Made by a program: the position numbers and the translations under genes. A stretch of 64,000 nt of DNA from Basidiobolus meristosporus CBS 931.73 (Eukaryota > Fungi > Basidiobolomycota): positions 1 through 64,000 of the forward strand of contig MCFE01000198.1 of the NCBI GenBank assembly GCA_002104905.1. Direction: 5' to 3'. Every line of letters begins with the position of its first letter. Within the stretch, counting starts at the first letter, position 1. The notes beneath the pieces are model-generated. The model worked only from the letters and a program-made list of their open reading frames with translations. It did not search any database and was not told the DNA's origin. Positions 53,604 through 64,000 of this stretch are shown one piece after another.

Positions 53604-55292
53604 TTATTCAGTCTTCATGGCCTTGAGCTGAATGTTGGCAATTTTCTGGCCAATAGGTTGATCATCACTGTGATCAGATAGAAGCTCATCATCACTATGC
53701 ACCTCCATATCCTCATCACTACGCTCTTCCTCTTGGAATTTGTAGGCATCACGATAGTGGAGCGATGATTTCGGATAGCCTTGACCACTTATATAGTCAT
53801 CGCTTTCATCATCATCATCATCATAATCATAATCACTGTATTTTGTGCTATCTTCGCTGTCATCCTCAAAGTTGGTCATGTTCTCACGTTGCTCCATGGA
53901 AATAGTGGGAACGATATAGCCTTCGCTGCCTCGTCGATGTCGTCGATAAAGTGTCTGCTCCGCAGCAGGGGTCACACCAGATTTGACAATTTGCTGCTTG
54001 GGAAGAGGGGTATTAGGTGGCCGCTTCTTCTCAGCGATATATTCAGGTGGTGGCCAAATGACTGGCGTCGCTGAAGGAGATGATACATTAGCAAACGCTC
54101 AAGTATATTAACGAAGACTTGTTCATTTACTTAGTCCTTCGGCAACGGGATAGTTGATGCCATTCCCTGGTGCTGGAGCAGGCCATAGCCACCATTTGGG
54201 ATCGTCCCCAAGAACTTGCTTGATGTTCTTCATCGCTCCAAGATGGTAGGGAAATTGGACTTTCTCCTGGTGAATAGACATCAGCTTCGGTGCTGCTTGC
54301 CATGGATCAATCAGTGATTACCTTATCTATGCGGCCTTTGGAGACCATTTCATCGATCTTCTCGTTCTCCCAGCCCTCGATGGTCGTGGTGTTGACACAC
54401 ATGCTCCAGAACTGTTGACCGCTCAGAAATCCCACTAGGATGAGGACCAGCCCGTCGGCACACGTCGCCAGTAGAAGTATGATCAACTCGAATGTGGATG
54501 GGTATGGTTTGTACCAGTACTACAGGTATCAGTTGAGTAAGCCTGTTTTCACGATGTGATGCAGGTCTATCCATAGTAACTTACTCTGAAGTGAACTGAA
54601 TCATCGTATATTTCGTATGCACGCACACAGAGTAGATATAAGCAGATGCCGCACGTCACATCCACGAAAAACAGGAATCGGATGAAATACCCGTAGTTGT
54701 GATGCCCCACGCAGCTGTTCACCCAAGGGCCTAGAGGGAAATCAATCGTAAATCGAACAGCGTTCGGAATACCCCGGTTTGAGAACACGCTTACAGTGAT
54801 GATCCATTTTCAAGACGCATCTAGTTGCACGTCGATACAATGTCAATACACGCACCATTCAATAAAAATGCTTCTATAGGTTGAACTACCTTTCGCAACT
54901 GCTACAATGATGAGCCCGAGGAGGCTTGAAGGCATTGCAAGTTCGGCAATACCGTGGTTCGTTATTCTTTTTCTTGACCTCAATAACTGTGACCTCCTCA
55001 CCTTCTAATTTGGGTTCCTTTAACAATTGGTCAACATCACTCGTCGCCTTCTCCATAGTAGAGTGGTTCTTACCCAGTTTTGGGGGATCATGCCCGGATC
55101 GGTGGTACACGTCAGGTAGTAATTCCAGCACAGGAAAAACAAAAGTATATTAAAGGGAATCAAGATTGAAATGGAAGTAGTATTCAATCCGCCATAGTGT
55201 GGTATCACTGCGAAGATTTGACAGCTAATGCCCAGAAAGGCGATTAGGAGACTAACCCCAGCAACAATCAAGTAACCAAGGTTAAATCCCAT
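53604..55292 (-). CDS. PFA4: DHHC palmitoyltransferase Pfa4, multi-exon
   Basis: [27 protein letters not shown], spliced [22 protein letters not shown]-terminal RRGSEGYIV motif. Confidence 0.88.
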
Positions 55293-55691
55293 GTTGACGA
55301 GTACCAGTGTTGTGCAGAAGCCGACTTGAGGAGATTAGGGGGGAATATCGGTAGTCGTTATACGTTGGGACGGAGTTTCTAGGCCACTAGATATAATTAT
55401 CAGTCCTGTGCTGGGCGAAAGTCTACGGATTTCGCTAAACCCCTTTACCTCGATTAAATCAGAGTTTGGTACTGTTCATTGAATATGTGATTGGGATTGT
55501 GCATATCATTATTGCATTAACGTTTACAGAGTATCCTCAACCGTTGATTGAATAGCAATCTAATCTATTTATGTTAATTGTTTTCTGTCATGATCCCTTA
55601 GAAAAGTTGGCATCTAGTTACGACTATTTTAACGTGTGAACAGTCTCGTTATACTCCTCAAACACTTCTCCCTTGTAACTTCAATCTCAAC

Positions 55692-58600
55692 ATGGTACTT
55701 GATTTTTGAGAGTAGGACGAGATGGACACAGTTATTGATATGTTTTATTCTTCTCCTGACAGCCACAGCCTTCGAAAGCTGATTGGAAAGACAGCTTCAA
55801 GAAGAAGCAGGTTGGTGTCTCTGACATGACCTTGCTTTCAAAGGTCCACAACGACACCATCAACGATAATTTGGAGAAGCGTTTCCACAACGGTGACATA
55901 TACGTAAGTTCTTTTTTGGGCTATCAGCTTCGTTCATCTCGTTCACCCATCTCAACTGACTTCATCTAGACTTATATCGGGCATGTGTTGATCAGTGTGA
56001 ATCCTTTCAGAGACCTTGGCATATACACAGAACAAATTCTACGCAGTTACACCGGGAAGAACCGTCTCGAGGTAACAAAGGCCGATGCGCTTCAGGCTTC
56101 ACCTCGTCCTAACTATTTCTAGGTGCCTCCTCACGTGTATGCTATTGCTGAGGCTGCATATCACAATATGGTCAGCTACAAGGAGAACCAGTGTGTCATC
56201 ATTAGGTAACACCATATACTGGCTCATCTAACGTTCCTCATCCTTAATTTAACCATGGTTTCTCTTCGCAGTGGCGAATCTGGTGCCGGTAAAACGGGTA
56301 TGTTACCTTTTATTCTGTGATGGTGCTGGGCAGATCCTAATGCTCTTCAATCCACTAATTCGACGTACAGAGGCTGCCAAAAAGGTAGGATTAAGGAGGT
56401 GGATGTCTCAATTAGCTTCATCTCAATGACCCTGATTACTTTTCTAGATCATGGAGTACATTGCTACAGTCTCAGGAGAAGAATCTTCGTCCATTAGGGA
56501 AATCAAAGACATGGTCCTTGCTACCAATCCCCTACTTGAAAGTTTTGGATGTGCCAAAACCTTGAGAAATAACAACTCGAGTCGTCACGTAAGAGCTTCT
56601 GTCCTTATCCACATAACCATCAAAAATTCACTCTTCCTTAGGGCAAATACCTAGAAATCAAGTTCAATCATCTTGGAGAGCCAGTTGGTGCCAATATCAC
56701 CAACTATTTGTTGGAGAAGGTTAGTTGCTTATGATACGTCAAGTTCTTGTTCGTTTCACTGACAATCGTTTCTAGGGAAGAATCGTCACACAGATCGAGA
56801 ACGAGAGAAACTTCCACATCTTTTACCAATTTTGTAAGAGTGCCTCTGATCACTATAAAGGTATTTATAGGACACCTGTTTGGAAGAATCGGTGTCATGT
56901 ACTCACTCATTCCTAAAGAGACATTTGGTGTTGCCGGGCCGGAGAACTTCTTCTACACTGCTCAAAGTGGATGCTTAGAAGTCGATGGAATCGACGATGT
57001 TGCTGATTACCAAGAAACCTTGGTTCGTATATCTCACATCCTCGAATAGAAGTGATGCTTGTACTCATAGCCCCTTGAAATCTAGCGCGCCATGAATATT
57101 GTTGGTCTGTCTCAAGAAGAGCAAGACAACATTCATAGAACACTTAGTGCAATTCTATGGATTGGTAACGCTCAGTTCCAAGAAGGAGACGACGGCAAGG
57201 CTTTCATTTCGGATCCGAATGTTACACAATTCATCGCCTATCTTCTTGAAGTTGACCCAGAACTTTTGAACAAAGCGATGACATCGCGTATTATTGAGAC
57301 CAAGAGAGGTGGATTAAGAGGCTCTGTATATGAGGTTCCACTGAATCAAACACAGGCAATAGCCGTGCGAGATGCTTTAGCCAAGGCCTTGTATGATCGC
57401 ATGTTTGAATGGATTGTCACCAGAATCAATCTTGCTATGAAGGAAAGAACAAAGTCTGACTTCGTCATTGGTGTTTTGGATATCTACGGATTCGAGATCT
57501 TTGACCACAACAGTTTCGAGCAACTTTGCATCAATTACGTGAACGAAAAGCTTCAACAAATCTTTATTGAGCTCACCCTCAAAGCGGAGCAAGAAGAATA
57601 TGTCCGGGAGCAAATCAAGTGGACACCTATTAACTTCTTCAACAATAAGATCGTGTGTGACTTGATTGAGGAGAAGCGCCCACCTGGTATTTTCGCCGCC
57701 ATGAACGATGCATGTGCCACTGCTCACGCTGACTCCCAGGCTGCTGACCAATCTTTTATCCAACGCTTATCGATGTGCTCGCACAATCCTCACTTTGAGC
57801 CACGCGGGGCCCAGTTTGTTATCAAGCACTATGCTGGCGACGTGATCTACGACACCAGCGGCATGACCGATAAAAACAAGGACCAATTGCTCAAGGATCT
57901 CATGGATCTTATTCAAACCACCGGAAATGCCTATCTGGCTGATTTATTCCCTGAGGAGCTCAACAAAGATTCCAAGAAACGGCCACCCACCGCCAGTGAC
58001 AAGATCAAATTCTCCGCCGGGGCGCTTGTTAACAACCTTATGCAGGCCCAACCCTCGTATATTCGTTGCATCAAACCCAACTCCAACAAGAGCCCCAAGG
58101 AATTCGACCAGAAGATGGTGCTGCATCAGGTGAAGTATCTTGGTCTCTGCGAAAACATCCGGGTGCGTCGCGCTGGATTCGCCTATCGTCAGACATTCGA
58201 GAAATTCGTTGAGCGGTTCTATTTATTGTCCGGAAAAACCTCTTATGCTGGAGAGTACATCTGGCAGGGCGATGCCAAAACAGGCACTGAGAGAATCCTC
58301 AGAGATACCGGAATCGTCCCTGAGGAATGGCAACTGGGTGTGACCAAGGCTTTCATTAGACATCCTGAGACCCTATGGGCACTGGAGCACCTACGTGAAC
58401 GTTACTGGCACAATATGGCCATCCGTATCCAACGTGCATTCAGAAATTATCTTCAATACAAGCACGAGTGTGCCACCCGTATCCAACGTTGCTTCAGAAA
58501 GAACAAGGATCAAATCGCTTTTGTACAGCTTCGCGATTACGGTCACCAGGTTCTGGCCGGAAGGAAAGAGAGAAGAAGATTCTCCCTCCTGAGCATGCGT

Positions 58601-60067
58601 CGTTTCATGGGTGATTATCTGGGAGTTGGCGGAAAGGGTGCCGGTGGTGAGGCCCTCAAGAATGCATGCGGCTTGGGTTCCGAGCAGGTTGTTTTCAGTT
58701 GTAAAATCCAGCTGCTAGCCCCACGTCCACTACGTTCGAGCAAGCCAAGCCCTCGTAGCTTCGTGATGACGGCCTCTGCGATCTACATTGTCATGACAGT
58801 GGTTGAAAGAAAGTTGGCGACCATGAAACTGGAAAGAAAGGTGGGACTGAACTCGGTTAAGGACATCAACATGTCAAATCTAAGAGATGACTGGATGGTG
58901 ATCAATGTTCAAGGAGAGCCATCGTTGGTGTTTTCTGCCGACTTCAAGACGGAGTTGACCACCCATTTACTCCAGAGAACGAATGGTCGCATTATGGTGA
59001 ACATCAGTCAGCAATGCGAGTATTTGAACAAATCTTGCAAACCTGGTACTCTCAAGTTCAACAAAGACCCTTCGATCAGAGGAGACGCTGTGTACAAAAA
59101 CCATGTTGTAAGCGTTGGTGAAGGAGAGCCAGCAAACAGCGTATCTATGCCACCTTGTAAGAAGATGGAGGTTGCTGTTCGTCCCATCACCACCGGAAAA
59201 CTCTTGCGAAAGGGTGGTCCATCGCAGAGTAAACCAATTCCCCAGTCTCGTCCCCTTCCTCAGGAGCAAAATCGTTTCCCAGACCGTTCGGCTGCTCAGC
59301 CTAGAATGAGTGCTCAACCTGTTCAAGCAGCTCAACAGCCCGTCAGTCCAATTGCTCAGCCCAAGATTGTCCCTCAACCCGTTCAACAACCAATCAACCC
59401 CATCGCCGAAGCCGTTGCTAATAGAGCCGTACCCACTAGACCTACACGAGCAAATCCACCTCCTGCACCTGCACCACCACCACCGCCATCCAAGCCAAGA
59501 TATAAGGCTATATATGATTTCAATACTGGTGGAGATGGTGAGATGGGTTTGAGAAAGGATGAGATAATGGAGATCCTGGAAAAGGATGAAAATGGCTGGT
59601 GGCTGGCCAAGAAGGATGACGGAAGGGAAGGTTGGGTGCCTTCCAACTATCTGGTTGAAGTAGAGGAAGTTAAACCTGTGGCTCCACCTTCTCGTCCCAA
59701 ACCACAGGCTAAGCCACCTTCCCCTGTAGCCAATGTACAGGAAGAAGTTCATCAGTATTCCCCTCCTGTTTCACATGCTTCCCAAGCGAATACCTCCTCA
59801 GCTGTCCCTAGCTGGAAAGCTGAGCTCGCTGCACGCAACGCGTCAAGAGCTGCCACCAGAACATCTCCCTCATTAGGAGAAGACCCCGTACCTTCCCAAA
59901 GGCCAGGTGCACAGAACCCAGTAATCCCATCAAGGCCTGGCGTTCCCACCGCTTCCTCACGACCCTTCATTGCCCCCAAGCCTGGGACCCTGAATGGTAA
60001 CAGCAACGTAGCTAGACTGGCCTCAGTTCTGGCCCAAGGGCCTGTTGGGCAACCAAGGAAAGAATAG
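55692..60067 (+). CDS. MYO1: Class I myosin (motor, 2 IQ, TH1, Pro-rich, SH3), multi-exon
   Basis: [57 protein letters not shown] and IQRCFR, SH3 [21 protein letters not shown]; first coding exon is only ATG. Confidence 0.96.
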
Positions 60068-60318
60068 ATGGCGTCATCGAGGCCATCCAAGTCTATAAAC
60101 CGTGTTCATCAACTCAGTACCGGTGTTCAGTATTTATATTTCGTTGAGATAAGCCGCTTCTGATGAAGATGTTGTCGTTTATTCTTGGCAGGCTGTTGGT
60201 AGATTAATCGCCTTCATTCAGCAAATACTCCATTACTAAAGAAATAAACTGAAATGTCGTTTCCCCCACTTCCAGACCACCCACGGGCATTCCCACATGT
60301 GTGAAGTGATTTGACGTT

Positions 60319-63300
60319 TCATTGACTCTTCAAGCTTAGTGCCATGAAGGAGAGACTGTCGGTGACCTCGTTGATCTACACGGAGCAGTTAACAGTGAAC
60401 CATACATTCGTTGGCCTAAGGAATTCACTTACAATTTTTTGGGTGGGTTTGCCTGCACCATGACCCGCCTGAAACGAAGCAATTCAGCGTTAGTAAAAAT
60501 AGGTGAGGGAGAGGGGAGAGAGAGAGAGGAGTGCTTGGTAGGGCGGCATTACCTTGGTGTCCACTCGGATGAGCAATGGGTTAGCATTGTCTTGGCAATA
60601 ATGCTGAAGGGTTGCAATTAGTTTATGCGAATGCAGAGGGACCCTACAGCCAGAGAAGGTTAGCACAGCTCCGCGTCCCAGAGTCTACCTACAAGCCTAC
60701 ACTCTATCATCGTGGTCACCAGTGGTCAGCATGTAAGGTGGGTATGGCTTCTCGGTTTGGACGTTGTGCAATGGTGAGTACTTGTAGATGTACTTGAAAT
60801 CCTCGGCATTGTCCGGGTTTCCGTAGTCCGATTTCCTGATAGTTTGGTTGAGCAACAGAAGAGAACATGGCCAGGACAGATAAATTGTTACCAGACGTGC
60901 CCGATGGTGAACTTGTGGAACCGAAGCATGTCCATAACGCTAAGGCGCAAATATCATTATTATCAGTTGTTCATTGGTGTTGTTTCCTGTGACTTCCTAC
61001 CCAACATCTGCGACACCACATCCGAAAAGCTCGGGCGCTTGGTTCATGCAGGCACCTGTAGTTGAGGGTCAGCGCAAATCCTGCAAATGGAAACGCTCTC
61101 TGCAAATCACTCACCTACTAGCAAGCCACCATTGGACCCACCATTGATGGCAAGTCTATCAAACAAGATTGGGATGAGTGGGATTCTGGCGAAATCCGAC
61201 GAAATGATGGCAAATCACCTTTCAGGACGAGTGTACTTGTTCTCGATCAGATACTTGGCAGCATACTGGAAGTCGTCGAAGACGTTCTGCTTCCTGGCCA
61301 AAGTTCCGGCCTGGTGCCACTCCTCACCGTACTCTCTAACGAAATAAAAAGGTTGGCCTCGCACTTTACGATAGAACGATCGGATGAATTACCCTCCACC
61401 GCGCAAGTTGGGGATGGCTACCACGCCATTGAAATGCTTCATGAATGCAATCCATGCTGGGCTGAACATGGGCGATAGAGAGATGCCAAAGCCACCATAG
61501 CCATAGAGCAAAGTCGAGTTGTTGCCATCTAGGGGCAGGTCCTGTAGCGTGGAATAGATTAGCAACGGGAGGACACACAAGCCAGGTCACCCATGTTCCC
61601 TCACCTTTTTGTGGTTGATAAACATGGGGATTTTGGTGCCATCCTTGGACGGGTAGAAGATCTGTTTGGTGATGAATTCGTCGCTATTGAAACCGGACAC
61701 CTGGGTGGTTCTGAACACCGACAGCTTCTGCTCTTCGTCAACTCCCTCCCCAAAGGAGTACCGGTAGATGGTGTCTGGATTAAGAAAGGATCCATGGGAA
61801 AAGAAAAGTTCCTTGAATTCACGACGGGTTGAGATGGATGTGACTGCTCCGATGGGGGTTGGAATCTCTTTTAGGATGGAGCCGGTTTTCAGGTCGTGGA
61901 TACGTACGACATTCTGCAGGGAATCGACTGTTAACGAGAGGGCTCACTAGTCGGTGAGCATCCAATGAAGACTAACCTTGACGTCTTCCAGATATACGAT
62001 GACAAGGTTCTCTTTGTTGGTACAGTGAACCCTCTCCAAAACTCCATTGTGCTCAGATATCACATCGACGAATCCCTGATGCAACTGGTTGGTCGAAATT
62101 CAAACGGTCCACACCCCCTTCTACTCAGTCGTTACCTCTTGAGGATTGTCCAAATCGTACTTGACGATCTTGTACTTGGGTGCGTTCAGGTTGGTCTTGA
62201 AATAGAAAACGGAGTTGTCGTTGGCGACACTACGTAGAACTGGCGGTTAGTCTGGAGATGTTTAGAGACAGGACAAATCCCTGGCGACTTACTAGGTATA
62301 TTCGGCTTCCATATTGTCGACAAGCTTGTTGTACCTCATATTGTCTGCCCGAATACCCACATTAGTGACTCATACTTCGGGATATAAACATATCCATCGA
62401 TACCTGTGATGCCGCCGCTCCCCTCAGAGAGATCGGCAATGTAGAGCTTGTTGACCGGATTACACGTTTCGACGATCATGAGGATCAAGAACTTTCCATC
62501 GTCGGTGACCTCAGAGCCAAAAAGATGGTGAGGATGTGCAGGATCTTTGAAGACCACTACATCTTCTTCCTGAGAAGTGCCGATACGATGGAAGCACATC
62601 TGTCAATTAAGCCAGGTCAAGTATTGAACCGATATCACAAACCCAGGAAAACCCACCATGGCGTCGGTGTTGGAGCCAGTTTCGGTACCGGCTTTGTCAT
62701 CCCTCACCGAAGGCTTAGGATATCTCTGTGGGTTGGGTTAGGGTTGATGGTAAGGTTCAGGTGGCTTAGCGTTAGATTGCATTCTCGAACCATACGTTGT
62801 AAAAGAATCCAGAGTCATCGTGGGCCCAGGTGATTCTGGTGAATTTGGCCCAACGAACTTCATCCTCAAGCTCTTGTCCACTAGCGTCCGTATACTTGAC
62901 ATGGATGGTGATCCAGTCACTTCCGCTCTTGCTGATACCATAACCGAATAGCTTTCCACTTTCCGAGAAGCCGTAGGTGCTCAAGGAGGCGGTTCCATCC
63001 GCCTCAAGAGTGTTTGGCTAGGTCGGAGTGAGTGGTTAGATCAGCTGGACTTCATACGCTGGCCAACTGGAGGATACCTACGTCTAGGAAGACGGTGGGT
63101 TCGGCGGTCAATGATTTTTGCTGGTAGAGAATGCTGTCGTCGGAGGAAGGAGCGAGCGTGAGTACACTTCGTAGACAGAGCCAACAGACTAGCTTGAAAG
63201 TACCTTTGAGGCTGAAGGCCACTGTTGTAAAAGTAGTAGTAGTATTCCCCGTGCTTGAAAGGACAGCCGTATTTCTCGTAGTCGAAAAGCTTGGTGAGTC

Positions 63301-63775
63301 TGGGAAAGGTGTTAGCGCGGTGGTAACGATGGGGTAACGATGGGGTGGTCTCAGTTGCTGCTTACTGTTCTCTAAGCTCCTCACGGTAAGGGTAGGTTTC
63401 GAGATGACCAAAGGTGACTTTGTTCTGCTCCTCGACGAAGGCCTATAAAGAGTGTTGAGTGGTGGGGCCACGTGGTTGCTGATGGAAGCATATGTATGCC
63501 GTAAGCTGACTAACTTCCGTTTCGGCGGCATCCGGGTCTTCCAACCACCGATAGGGATCCGCCACTTTCACGCCGTTGAGATTCTCAACGACGGTGGTGT
63601 CTCTGCGTACGGCTGGATATGACCATTTCGCGTTGAATCTGGGTAAGGTCCTCTAAAATAAGGCCTTGGCAGTTTGGGAACAGGTACTGTGCAAGCTCAC
63701 CGTTTTGATATCAAGTGGTTTCTGAGGGTAGGGGCTCGACGTAGCTGAGCTGACAGCGGTTGTCGAGCCAGGCAT
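60319..63775 (-). CDS. PREP: Prolyl oligopeptidase (S9A), multi-exon
   Basis: [19 protein letters not shown], beta-propeller [20 protein letters not shown] (Ser), DHDDRV (Asp), AGHGAGKP (His); triad intact. Confidence 0.94.
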
Positions 63776-63965
63776 AAAAGTGAGACACGCATTATTACGA
63801 AGCAAATTTCACTTCTCAAATGAACCATCAGTTGATCTCGATTCTGGTTGAACTCCGCCTTACACGCTGGCTCTTACCTTGCTCTTGATCGATTCTAGGT
63901 GTGGCTGTGACCGCGAGTTTGGGAGTGACAATGGTGGCTTACATTCTTTGAAGTCGGATTCGGAG

Positions 63966-63973
63966 TATTTATA
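63966..63973 (-). promoter_or_regulatory. Candidate TATA box for the prolyl oligopeptidase gene
   Basis: TATAAATA on the minus strand about 190 bp upstream of ATG 63775. Confidence 0.35.
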
Positions 63974-64000
63974 TCCTGGGCAGGTAGTACAGCCGTAGCT

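Noticed and set aside
60319-64000. Prolyl oligopeptidase as the macrocyclase of a RiPP (MSDIN/omphalotin-like) cluster
   Set aside because: No precursor-like ORF or tailoring enzyme lies next to it in the window, and its neighbour is myosin-I. Sequence beyond 64000 is unseen, so it is not fully excluded.

Overview
Eukaryotic (fungal) chromosomal DNA, gene-dense, with short spliceosomal introns (mostly 50-90 nt, CTAAC-type branch points). The gene set and splicing style fit a fungus; placement outside Dikarya (Zoopagomycota/Mucoromycota-like) is inference only. Bases 1-4873 hold a decayed, strongly CpG-depleted Ty1/copia LTR retrotransposon primed by a half-tRNA(iMet). It lacks a target-site duplication and abuts a third, truncated LTR. 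The rest is about 31 genes, mostly conserved housekeeping: UBC6, RFC3, TOM22, an HMG-box gene, histone H4, cytochrome P450 reductase, LARP1 with DM15, SENP8/NEDP1, HOS2, an ATRIP/Rad26-like gene, a Yap-type bZIP, a NIPA Mg2+ transporter, dienelactone hydrolase, SmE, UBC9, SAR1, PEX14, VPS68, SIN1/AVO1, SPE3, NAF1, AFG2, TFC1, NDUFS2, PEX5, PFA4, myosin-I and prolyl oligopeptidase. I see no complete, demonstrable new multi-gene system. The best candidates for undescribed biology are three intronless orphan genes: a secreted protein with 24 uninterrupted xxxG repeats, its divergently transcribed coiled-coil neighbour, and a 10-cysteine, probably GPI-anchored small protein. Other leads are a myosin-I lacking the usual fungal acidic tail, two GC-AG introns and the methylation scar on the retroelement. 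Exon structures were decoded by hand, so boundaries of multi-exon genes are best estimates and gene names come from recognised motifs, not database searches.
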